Below, in pieces: positions 37,020-48,599 of a stretch of 64,000 bases of DNA. The notes under the pieces are model-generated. The model did no database searches. It saw only the letters and a list, made by a program, of their open reading frames with translations, and was not told the origin of the DNA. Each line of letters starts with the position of its first letter. Position 1 is the first letter of the stretch. The DNA comes from Eledone cirrhosa. Its lineage: Eukaryota. The position numbers and the translations under genes are program-made. The stretch is from the NCBI GenBank assembly GCA_964016885.1, contig OZ024743.1, forward strand, positions 138,446,001 through 138,510,000, in the 5' to 3' direction.

Positions 37020-38200
37020 GTGCTTGGTGTTTGGTGTTTGATGCATGGTGCTTGATGCTTGGTGCTTGGTGCTTGGTGTTTGGTGCTTGGTGCTTGGTGT
37101 TTGTACTTGGTGTTTGGTGCTTGGTGTTTGGAGCTTGGTGCTTGGTGTTTGGTGCTTGGTGCTTGGTGTTTGGTGTTTGGTGCTTGGTGTTTGGTGCTTG
37201 GTGCTTGGTGCTTGGTGTTAGGTGTTTGGTGCTTCATGCCTGGTGCTTGGTGTTTGGTGCTTGGTGCATGGTGCTTGGTGCTTGGTGCCTGGTGCGTGGT
37301 GTTTGGTGTTTGGTGCTTGGTGTTTGGTGCTTGGTGCTTGGTGTTTGGTGCGTGGTACTTGGTGTTTGGTGTTTGGTGTTTGTTGTTTGCTGTTTGGTGT
37401 CTGCTTTTTGGTGTTTGTTGTTTGCTCTATGGTGTTTGCTGTTTCATGTTTGGTGTTTGCTGTTTGGTGTTTGGTGTTTGCTGTTTGGTGTTTGGTGCTT
37501 GTTGTCTGGTGCTTGGTGCTTGGTGTTTGGTGCTAGGTGCTTCATGCTTGGTGCTTGGTATTTGGTGTTTGGTGCTTGGTACTTTGGGCTTGGTGTTTGG
37601 TGCTTGGTGCTTGGTGCTTGGTGTTTGGTGTTTGATGCTTGGTGCTTGATGCTTGGTGCTTGGTGCTTGGTGTTTGGTGCTTGGTGCTTGGTGTTTGTAC
37701 TTGGTGTTTGGTGCTTGGTATTTGGAGCTTGGTGCTTGGTGTTTGGTGCTTGGTGCTTGGTGTTTGGTGTTTGGTGCTTGGTGTTTGGTGCTTGGTGCTT
37801 GGTGCTTGGTGTTAGGTGTTTGGTGCTTCATGCCTGGTGCTTGGTGTTTGGTGCTTGGTGCATGGTGCTTGGTGCTTGGTGCCTGGTGCGTGGTGTTTGG
37901 TGTTTGGTGCTTGGTGTTTGGTGCTTGGTGCTTGGTGTTTGGTGCTTGGTACTTGGTGTTTGGTGTTTGGTGTTTGTTGTTTGCTGTTTGGTGTCTGCTT
38001 TTTGGTGTTTGGTGTTTGCTCTATGGTGTTTGCTGTTTCATGTTTGGTGTTTGCTGTTTGGTGTTTGGTGTTTGCTGTTTGGTGTTTGGTGCTTGGTGTT
38101 TGGTGCTTGGTGCTTGGTGTTTGGTGCTAGGTGCTTCATGCTTGGTGCGTGGTGTTTGGTGTTTGGTGCTTGGTACTTGGGGCATGGTGTTTGGTGCTTG
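37020..38200 (+). repeat. Tandem duplication, period 594 bp (85 units, one 6-bp), with visibly more diverged copies
   Basis: GAGCTTGG at 37131 and 37725; ORF pairs 37059/37653 and 37222/37816. Confidence 0.87.
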
Positions 38201-41200
38201 GTGCTTCGTGCTTGGTGTTTGGTGCTTGGTGCTTGGTGTTTGGTGTTTGGTGCTTGGTGCCTGGTGCTTGTTGTTTGGTGATTGGTGCTTGGTGTTTGCT
38301 GTTTGGTGCTGCGTGCTTGGTGCTTGGTGCTTGGTGCTTGGTGCTTGGTGTTTTGTGTTTGGTGTTTGATGCTTGGTGTTTGGTGTTTGGTGCTTGGTTA
38401 TTGGTGTTTGGTGTTTGATGCTTGGTGCTTGATGCTTGGTGCTTGGTGCTTGGTGTTTGGTGCTTGGTGCTTGGTGTTTGTACTTGGTGTTTGGTGCTTG
38501 GTGTTTGGTGCTTGGTGCTTGGTGTTTGGTGCTTGGTGCTTGGTGCTTGGTGTTTGGTGTTTGGTGCTTGGTGTTTGGTGCTTGGTGCTTGGTGCTTGGT
38601 GTTAGGTGTTTGGTGCTTCATGTCTGGTGCTTGGTGTTTGGTGCTTGGTGCTTGGTGTTTGGTGCTTGGTGCCTGGTGCATGGTGTTTGTTGCTTGGTGC
38701 TTGGTGTTTGGTGTTTGGTGCTTGGTGTTTGGTGCTTGGTGCTTGGTGTTTGGTGTTTGGTGTTTGGTGCTTGCTGCTTGCTGCTTGGTGTTTGGTGCTT
38801 GGTGATTGGTGCTTGGTGTTTGGTGCTTGGTGCTTGGTGTTTGGTGCTAGGTGCTTGGTGCTTGGTGCTTGGTGTTTGGTGTTTGGTGCTTGGTACTTGG
38901 GGCTTTGTATTTGGTGCTTGGTGCTTCGTGTTTGGTGTTTGGTGCTTGGTGCTTGGTGTTTGGTGCTTGGTGTTTGGTGCTTGGTGCTTGGTGCTGTGTG
39001 GTTGGCGTTTGGTGCTTGGTGCTTGGTGTTTGGTGCTTGGTGCTTGGTGCTTGGTGTTTGGTGCTTGGTGTTTGGTGTTTGGTGCTTGGTGCTTGGTGTT
39101 TGGTGCTTGGTGCTTGGTGATTAGTGTTTGGTGCTTGGTGCTTGGGGTTTGGTGTTTGGTGCTTGGTGCTTGGTGTTTGGTGCTTGGTGCTTGGTGTTTG
39201 GTGCTTGGTGTTTGGTGTTTGCTGTTTGGTGTTTGGTGTTTGGTGTTTGCTGTTTGCTGTTTGGTGTCTGCTTTTTGGTGTTTGGTGTTTGCTGTATGGT
39301 GTTTGCTGTTTCGTGTTTATTGTTTGCTGTTTGGTGTTTGGTGTTTGGTGTTTGGTGTTTCCTGTTTGGTCTTTAGTCTTTGGTGCTTGGTGTTCGGTGC
39401 TTGGTGCTTGGTATTTGGTGTTTGGTGTTTGGTGCTTGGTGCTTGGTGTTTGGTGCTTGGTGCTTGGTGTTTGGTGTTTGGTGCTTGGTGCTTGGTGTTT
39501 GGTGTTTGCTGTTTGCTGTTTGGTGTTTGTTGTTTGGTGTTTGTTGTTTGGTGTTTTCTGTTTGGTGTTTGGTGTTTGCTGTTTCGTGTCTGCTTTTTGG
39601 TGTTTGGTGTTTGTTGTATGTTGTTTGCTGTTTGCTGTTTGGTGTTTGGTGTTTGGTGTTTGGTGCTTGCTGCTTGGTGTTTGGTGCTTGGTGCTTGGTG
39701 TTTGGTGCCTGGTGCTTGGTGCTTGGTGCTTGGTGTTTGGTGTTTGGTGCTTGGTGCTTGGTGCTTGGTGTTTTGTGTTTGGTGTTTGGTTTTTGGTGCT
39801 TGGTCCTTGGTGTTTGGTGCTGGGTGCTTTGTGTTTGGTGCTTGGTGCTTGGTGTTTGGTGTTTGCTGCTTGGTGTTTGATGCTTGGTGCTTGGTGCTTG
39901 GTGTTTTGTGTTTGGTGCTTGGTGCTTGGTGTTTGGTGCTTGGTGCTTGGTGTTTGGTGCCTGGTGCTTGGTGCTTGGTGCTTGGTCCTTGGTGTTTGGT
40001 GCTGGGTGCTTGGTGTTTGATGCTTGGTGCTTGGTGTTTGGTGCTTGGTGCTTGGTGTTTGGTGCTTGGTGCTGGTTGGTTGGTGTTTGGTGCTTGGTGT
40101 TTGGTGCTGGGTGCTTGGTGTTTCGTGCTTGGTGCTTGGTCTTTGGTGCTTGGTGTTTGGTGTTTGGTGCTTGGTGCTTGGTGTTTGGTGCTTGGTGCTT
40201 GGTGTTTAGTGCTTGGTGCTTAGTGTTTGGTGCTAGGTGCTTGGGGTTTGGTGTTTGGTGCTTGGTGTTTGGTGCTTGGTGCTTGGTGTTTGGTGCTTGG
40301 TGTTTGGTGTTTGCTGTTTGCTGTTTGGTGTTTGTTGTTTGGTGTTTGTTGTTTGGTGTTTGCTGTTTGGTGTTTCGTGTTTGCTGTTTCGTGTCTGCTT
40401 TTTGGTGTTTGGTGTTTGCTGTATGTTGTTTGCTGTTTGGTGTTTGGTGTTTGGTGTTTGGTGCTTGGTGCTTGGTGTTTGGTGCTTGGTGCTTGGTGTT
40501 TGGTGCCTGGTGCTTGGTGCTTGGTGTTTGGTGTTTGGTGTTTGGTGCTTGGTGCTTGGTGCTTGGTGTTTGGTGCTTGGTGCTTGATGTTTGGTGCCTG
40601 GTGCTTGGTGCTTGGTGTTTGGTGTTTGGTGTTTGGTGCTTGGTGCTTGGTGCTTGGTGTTTGGTGCTTGGTGCCTGGTGCTTGTTGTTTGGTGATTGGT
40701 GCTTGGTGTTTGCTGTTTGGTGCTGCGTGCTTGGTGCTTGGTGCTTGGTGCTTGGTGCTTGGTGTTTTGTGTTTGGTGTTTGATGCTTGGTGTTTGGTGT
40801 TTGGTGCTTGGTGCTTGGTGTTTGGTGTTTGATGCTTGGTGCTTGATGCTTGGTGCTTGGTGCTTGGTGTTTGGTGCTTGGTGCTTGGTGTTTGTACTTG
40901 GTGTTTGGTGCTTGGTGTTTGGAGCTTGGTGCTTGGTGTTTGGTGCTTGGTGCTTGGTGTTTGGTGTTTGGTGCTTGGTGTTTGGTGCTTGGTGCTTGGT
41001 GCTTGGTGGTAGGTGTTTGGTGCTTCATGCCTGGTGCTTGGTGTTTGGTGCTTGGTGCATGGTGTTTGGTGCTTGGTGCCTGGTGCGTGGTGTTTGTTGC
41101 TTGGTGCTTGGTGTTTGGTGTTTGGTGCTTGGTGTTTGGTGATTGGTGCTTGGTGTTAGGTGTTAGGTGTTTGGTGCTTGGTGCTTGGTGCTTGGTGTTT

Positions 41201-42089
41201 GGTGTTTGGTGTTTGGCGCTTGCTGCTTGCTGCTTGGTGTTTGGTGCTTGGTGATTGGTGCTTGGTGTTTGGTGCTTGGTGCTTGGTGTTTGGTGCTAGG
41301 TGCTTGGTGCTTGGTGCTTGGTGTTTGGTGTTTGGTGCTTGGTACTTGGGGCTTGGTGTTTGGTGCTTGGTGCTTCGTGTTTGGTGTTTGGTGCTTGGTG
41401 CTTGGTGTTTGGTGTTTGGTGCTTGGTGTTTGGTTCTTGGTGCTTGGTGCTTGGTGCTTGGTGTTTGGTGCTTGGTGCTTGGTGCTTGGTGTTTGGTGAT
41501 TGGTGTTTGGTGTTTGGTGCTTGGTGCTTGGTGTTTGGTGCTTGGTGCTTGGTGATTAGTGTTTGGTGCTTGGTATTTGGTGCTTGGTGCTTGGTGTTTG
41601 GTGTTTGGTGCTTGGTGTTTGGTGCTTGCTACGTGGTGCTTGGTGCTTGGTGTTAGGTGTTTGGTGCTTGGTGCGTGGTGTTTGGTTTTTGGTGCTTGGT
41701 GCTTGGTGTTTGGTGTTTGGTGCTTGCTGCTGGCTGCTTGGTGTTTGGTGCTTGGTGATTGGTGCTTGGTGTTTGGTGCTTGGTGTTTGGTGTTTGGTGC
41801 TTGGTGCTGGGTGGTTGGTGTTTGGTGCTTGGTGTTTGGTGCTGGGTGCTTGGTGTTTGGTGCTTGGTGCTTGGTCTTTGGTGCTTGGTGTTTGGTGTTT
41901 GGTGCTTGGTGCTTGGTGCTTGGTCTTTGGTGCTTGGTGCTTGGTGTTTGGTGCTTGGTGCTTAGTGTTTGGTGCTAGGTGCTTGGGGTTTGGTGTTTAG
42001 TGCTTGGTGCTTGGTGTTTGGTGCTTGGTGCTTGGTGCTTGGTCTTTGGTGTTTGGTGTTTAGTGCTTGGTGCTTGGTGTTTGGTGTTT

Positions 42090-45000
42090 GGTGCTTGGTG
42101 CTTGGTGCATTGTGATTAGTGTTTGGTGCTTGGTGCTTGGGGTTTGGTGTTTGGTGCTTGGTGCTTGGTGTTTGGTGCTTGGTGCTTGGTGTTTGGTGCT
42201 TGGTGTTTGGTTTTTTCTGTTTGGTGTTTGGTGTTTGCTGTTTGCTGTTTGGTGTCTGCTTTTTGGTGTTTGGTGTTTGCTCTATGGTGTTTGCTGTTTC
42301 ATGTTTGGTGTTTGCTGTTTGGTGTTTGGTTTTTGCTGTTTGGTGTTTGGTCTTTGGTGCTTGGTCTTTGATGCTTGGTGTTTGGTGCTTGGTGCTTGGT
42401 GTTTGGTGTTTGGTGCTTGGTGACTGGTGCTTGTTGTTTGGTGATTGGTGCTTGGTGTTTGCTGTTTGGTGTTTGGTGTTTGGTGTTTGCTGTTTGGTGT
42501 TTGGTGCTTGGTGCTTGGTGCTTGGTGTTTGGTGCTTGGTGCTTGGTGTTTGGTGCTTGGTGCTTGGTGTTTGGTGCTTGGTGCCTGGTGCTTGTTGTTT
42601 GGTGATTGGTGCTTGGTGTTTGCTGTTTGGTGTTTGGTGTTTGCTGTTTGCTGTTTGGTGTTTGGTGCTGGGTGCTTGGTGTTTGGTGTTTGATGCTTGG
42701 TGTTTGATGCTTGGTGCTTGGTGCTTGGTGTTTGGTGTTTGGTGTTTGCTGTTTGGTGTTTGGTGCTTGGTGCTTGGTGCTTGGTGTTTGGTGCTTGGTG
42801 CTTGGTGTTTGGTGCTTGGTGCTTGATGGTTGGTGTTTGTACTTGGTGCTTGGTGCTTGGTGTTTTGTGCTTGATTCTTGGTGTTTGGTGCTTGGTGTTT
42901 GCTGCTTAGTGCTTGATGTTTGGTGTTTGGTGCTTGGTGTTTGGTGCTTGGTGCTTGGTGCTTGGTGTTAAGTGTTTGGTGCTTGGTGTTTGATGTTTGG
43001 TGCTTCATGCTTGGTGCTTGGCGTTTGGTGCTTGGTGCCTGGTGCATGGTGTTTGGTGCTTGATGCTTGGTGTTTGGTGTTTGGTGCTTGGTGTCTGGTG
43101 CTTGGTGCTTTGTGCTTGGTGTTAGGTGTTAGGTGTTTGATGCTTGGTGCTTGGTGTTTGGTGTTTGGTGTTTGGTGTTTGCTGTTTGGTGTTTGGTCTT
43201 TGGTGCTTGGTCTTTGGTGCATGGTGTTTGGTGCTTGGTGCTTGGTGTTTGGTGCTTGGTGCCTGGTGCTTGTTGTTTGGTGATTGGTGCTTGGTGTTTC
43301 CTGTTTGGTGTTTGGTGTTTGGTGTTTGCTGTTTTGTGTTTGGTGCTTGGTGCTTGGTGCTTGGTGTTTGGTGCTTGGTGCTTGGTGTTTGGTGCTTGGT
43401 GCTTGATGCTTGGTGTTTGTACTTGGTGCTTGGTGCATGGTGTTATGTGCTTGATTCTTGGTGTTTGGTGCTTGGTGTTTGGTGCTTAGTGCTTGGTGTT
43501 TGGTGTTTGGTGCTTGGTGTTTGGTGCTTGGTGCTTGGTGCTTGGTGTTTGGTGTTTGGTGCTTCATGCTTGGTGCTTGGTGTTTGGTGCTTGGTGCTTG
43601 GTGTTTGGTGCTTGGTGCCTGGTGCATGGTGTTTGGTGCTTGATGCTTGGTGTTTGGTGTTTGGTGCTTGGTGTTTGGTGCTTGGTGCTTGGTGCATTGT
43701 GATTAGTGTTTGGTGCTTGGTGCTTGGGGTTTGGTGTTTGGTGCTTGGTGCTTGGTGTTTGGTGCTTGGTGCTTGGTGTTTGGTGCTTGGTGTTTGGTTT
43801 TTTCTGTTTGGTGTTTGGTGTTTGCTGTTTGCTGTTTGGTGTCTGCTTTTTGGTGTTTGGTGTTTGCTCTATGGTGTTTGCTGTTTCATGTTTGGTGTTT
43901 GCTGTTTGGTGTTTGGTTTTTGCTGTTTGGTGTTTGGTCTTTGGTGCTTGGTCTTTGATGCTTGGTGTTTGGTGCTTGGTGCTTGGTGTTTGGTGTTTGG
44001 TGCTTGGTGACTGGTGCTTGTTGTTTGGTGATTGGTGCTTGGTGTTTGCTGTTTGGTGTTTGGTGTTTGGTGTTTGCTGTTTGGTGTTTGGTGCTTGGTG
44101 CTTGGTGCTTGGTGTTTGGTGCTTGGTGCTTGGTGTTTGGTGCTTGGTGCTTGGTGTTTGGTGCTTGGTGCCTGGTGCTTGTTGTTTGGTGATTGGTGCT
44201 TGGTGTTTGCTGTTTGGTGTTTGGTGTTTGCTGTTTGCCGTTTGGTGTTTGGTGCTGGGTGCTTGGTGTTTGGTGTTTGATGCTTGGTGTTTGATGCTTG
44301 GTGCTTGGTGCTTGGTGTTTGGTGTTTGGTGTTTGCTGTTTGGTGTTTGGTGCTTGGTGCTTGGTGCTTGGTGTTTGGTGCTTGGTGCTTGGTGTTTGGT
44401 GCTTGGTGCTTGATGGTTGGTGTTTGTACTTGGTGCTTGGTGCTTGGTGTTTTGTGCTTGATTCTTGGTGTTTGGTGCTTGGTGTTTGCTGCTTAGTGCT
44501 TGATGTTTGGTGTTTGGTGCTTGGTGTTTGGTGCTTGGTGCTTGGTGCTTGGTGTTAAGTGTTTGGTGCTTGGTGTTTGATGTTTGGTGCTTCATGCTTG
44601 GTGCTTGGCGTTTGGTGCTTGGTGCCTGGTGCATGGTGTTTGGTGCTTGATGCTTGGTGTTTGGTGTTTGGTGCTTGGTGTCTGGTGCTTGGTGCTTTGT
44701 GCTTGGTGTTAGGTGTTAGGTGTTTGATGCTTGGTGCTTGGTGTTTGGTGTTTGGTGTTTGGTGTTTGCTGTTTGGTGTTTGGTCTTTGGTGCTTGGTCT
44801 TTGGTGCATGGTGTTTGGTGCTTGGTGCTTGGTGTTTGGTGCTTGGTGCCTGGTGCTTGTTGTTTGGTGATTGGTGCTTGGTGTTTCCTGTTTGGTGTTT
44901 GGTGTTTGGTGTTTGCTGTTTTGTGTTTGGTGCTTGGTGCTTGGTGCTTGGTGTTTGGTGCTTGGTGCTTGGTGTTTGGTGCTTGGTGCTTGATGCTTGG

Positions 45001-45270
45001 TGTTTGTACTTGGTGCTTGGTGCATGGTGTTATGTGCTTGATTCTTGGTGTTTGGTGCTTGGTGTTTGGTGCTTAGTGCTTGGTGTTTGGTGTTTGGTGC
45101 TTGGTGTTTGGTGCTTGGTGCTTGGTGCTTGGTGTTTGGTGTTTGGTGCTTCATGCTTGGTGCTTGGTGTTTGGTGCTTGGTGCTTGGTGTTTGGTGCTT
45201 GGTGCCTGGTGCATGGTGTTTGGTGCTTGATGCTTGGTGTTTGGTGTTTGGTGCTTGGTGTTTGGTGCTT
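42090..45270 (+). repeat. Tandem duplication, period 1587 bp (227 units, two 6-bp), near-identical copies
   Basis: Private variant GTTATGTG at 43442 and 45029; TTTTTTCTG at ~42211 and ~43798; ORF pairs 42119/43706 and 42968/44555. Confidence 0.93.
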
Positions 45271-48200
45271 GGTGCTTGTTGCTTGGTGTTAGGTGTTAGG
45301 TGTTTGGTGATTGGTGCTTGGTGTTTGGTGCTTGGTGCTTGATGTTTGGTGCTTGGTGCTTGGTGTTTGGTGCTTGGTGTTTGGTGCTTGGTACTTGGGG
45401 CTTGGTGTTTGGTGCTTGGTGCTTGGTGCTTGGTGTTTGGTGCTTGGTGCTTGGTGTTTGGTGTTTGGTGCTTGGTGTTTGGTGCTTGGTGCTTGGTGCT
45501 GGGTGGTTGGTGTTTGGTGCTTGATGCTTGGTGTTTGGTGCTTGGTGCTTGGTGCTTGGTGTTTGGTGCTTGGCGCTTGGTGCTTGGTCTTTGGTGCTTG
45601 GTGTTTGGTGTTTGGTGCTTGGTGCTTGGTGTTTGGTGCTTGGTGATTAGTGTTTGGTGCTTGGTGCTTGGGGTTTGGTGTTTGGTGCTTGGTGCTTGGT
45701 GTTTGGTGCTTGGTGCTTGGTGTTTGGTGCTTGGTGTTTGGTTTTTGCTGTTTGGTGTTTGGTGTTTGCTGTTTGCTGTTTGGTGTCTGCTTTTTGGTGT
45801 TTGGTGTTTGCTGTATCGTGTTTGCTGTTTCGTGTTTATTGTTTGCTGTTTGGTGTTTGTTGTTTGGTGTTTGGTGTTTCCTGTTTGGTGTTTAGTCTTT
45901 GGTGTTTGGTGTTTGGTGCTTGGTGCTTGGTGTTTGGTGCTTGGTGCTTGGTGCTTGGTGCTTGGTGCTTGGTGTTTGGTGTTTGATGATTGGTGTTTGG
46001 TGTTTGGTGTTTGGTGCTTGGTGCTTGGTGTTTGGTGTTTGATGCTTGCTGCTTGATGCTTGGTGCTTGGTGCTTGGTGTTTGGTGCTTGGTGCTTGGTG
46101 TTTGGTGCTTGGAACTTGGTGTTTGGTGCTTGGTGTTTGCTGTTTGCTGTTTCGTGTTTGGTGTTTGCTGTTTGCTGTTTGGTGTCTGCTTTTTGGTGTT
46201 TGTTGTTTGCTCTATGGTGTTTGCTGTTTCATGTTTGGTGTTTGCTGTTTGGTGTTTGGTGCTTGGTGTTTGGTGCTTGGTGCTTGTTGTTTGGTGATTG
46301 GTGCTTGGTGCTTGGTGTTTGCTGTTTGGTGCTTGGGGCTTGGTGTTTGGTGCTGCGTGCTTGGTGCTTGGTGCTTGGTGCTTGGTGTTTGGTGTTTGAT
46401 GATTGGCGTTTGGTGTTTGGTGTTTGGTGCTTGGTGCTTGGTGTTTGGTGTGTGATGCTTGCTGCTTGATGCTTGGTGCTTGGTGCTTGGTGTTTGGTGC
46501 TTGGTGCTTGGTGTTTGGTGCTTGGTACTTGGTGTTTGGTGCTTGGTGTTTGCTGTTTGCTGTTTGGTGTTTGGTGTTTGCTGTTTGCTGTTTGGTGTCT
46601 GCTTTTTGGTGTTTGTTGTTTGGTCTATGGTGTTTGCTGTTTCGTGTTTGGTGTTTGCTGTTTGGTGTTTGCAGTTTGGTGTTTGGTGCTTGGTGTTTGG
46701 TGCTTGGTGCTTGGTGTTTGGTGCTAGGTGCTTGGTGTTTGGTGCTTGGTGTTTGGTGTTTGGTGCTTGGTACTTGGGGCTTGGTGTTTGGTGCTTGGTG
46801 CTTCGTGCTTGGTGTTTGGTGCTTGGTGCCTGGTGCTTGTTGTTTGGTGATTGTTGCTTGGTGTTTGCTGTTTGGTGCTGCGTGCTTGGTGCTTGGTGCT
46901 TGGTGCTTGGTGCTTGGTGTTTTGTGTTTGGTGTTTGATGCTTGGTGTTTGGTGTTTGGTGCTTGATGCTTGGTGTTTGGTGTTTGATGCTTGGTGCTTG
47001 ATGCTTGGTGCTTGGTGCTTGGTGTTTGGTGCTTGGTGCTTGGTGTTTGTACTTGGTGTTTGGTGCTTGGTGTTTGGTGCTTGGTGCTTGGTGTTTGGTG
47101 CTTGGTGCTTGGTGTTTGGTGTTTGGTGCTTGGTGTTTGGTGCTTGGTGCTTGGTGCTTGGTGTTAGGTGTTTGGTGCTTCATGCCTGGTGCTTGGTGTT
47201 TGGTGCTTGGTGCTTGGTGTTTGGTGTTTGGTGCTTCATGCTTGGTGCTTGGTGTTTGGTGCTTGGTGCTTGGTGTTTGGTGCTTGGTGCCTGGTGCATG
47301 GTGTTTGGTGCTTGATGCTTGGTGTTTGGTGTTTGGTGCTTGGTGTTTGGTGCTTGGTGCTTGGTGCTTGGTGTTAGGTGTTAGGTGTTTGATGCTTGGA
47401 GTTTGCTGTTTGGTGTTTGGTCTTTGCTGTTTGGTGTTTGGTCTTTGGTGCTTGGTCTTTGGTGCTTGGTGTTTGCTGCTTGGTGCTTGGTGTTTGGTGC
47501 TTGGTGCCTGGTGCTTGTTGTTTGGTGATTGGTGCTTGGTGTTTCCTGTTTGGTGTTTGGTGTTTGCTGTTTTGTGTTTAGTGCTTGGTGCTTGGTGCTT
47601 GGTGTTTGGTGCTTGGTGCTTGGTGTTTGGTGCATGGTGCTTGATGCTTGGTGTTTGTACTTGGTGCTTGGTGCATGGTGTTTTGTGCTTGATTCTTGGT
47701 GTTTGGTGCTTGGTGTTTGGTGTTTGGTGCTTGGTGTATGGTGCTTGGTGCTTGGTGCTTGGTGTTTGGTGTTTGGTGCTTCATGCTTGGTGCTTGGTGT
47801 TTGGTGCTTGGTGCTTGGTGTTTGGTGCTTGGTGCCTGGTGCATGGTATTTGGTGCTTGATGCTTGGTGTTTGGTGTTTGGTGCTTGGTGTTTGGTGCTT
47901 GGTGCTTGGTGCTTGGTGTTAGGTGTTAGGTGTTTGGTGATTGGTGCTTGGTGTTTGGTGCTTGGTGCTTGATGTTTGGTGCTTGGTGCTTGGTGTTTGG
48001 TGCTTGGTGTTTGGTGCTTGGTACTTGGGGCTTGGTGTTTGGTGCTTGGTGCTTGGTGTTTGGTGCTTGGTGATTAGTGTTTGGTGCTTGGTGCTTGGGG
48101 TTTGGTGTTTGGTGCTTGGTGCTTGGTGTTTGGTGCTTGGTGTTTGGTTTTTACTGTTTGGTGTTTGGTGTTTGCTGTTTGCTGTTTGGTGTCTGCTTTT

Positions 48201-48599
48201 TGGTGTTTGGTGTTTGCTGTATCGTGTTTGCTGTTTCGTGTTTATTGTTTGCTGTTTGGTGTTTGGTGTTTGGTGTTTGGTGTTTCCTGTTTGGTGTTTA
48301 GTCTTTGGTGATTGGTGCTTGGTGCTTGGTGTTTGGTGTTTGGTGCTTGGTGCTTGGTGTTTGGTGCTTGGTACTTGTTGTTTGGTGATTGGTGCTTGGT
48401 GCTTGGTGTTTGCTGTTTGGTGCTTGGGGCTTGGTGTTTGGTGCTGCGTGCTTGGTGCTTGGTGCTTGGTGCTTGGTGCTTGGTGTTTGGTGTTTGATGA
48501 TTGGTGTTTGGTGTTTGGTGTTTGGTGCTTGGTGCTTGGTGTTTGGTGTTTGATGCTTGCTGCTTGATGCTTGGTGCTTGGTGCTTGGTGTTTGGTGCT

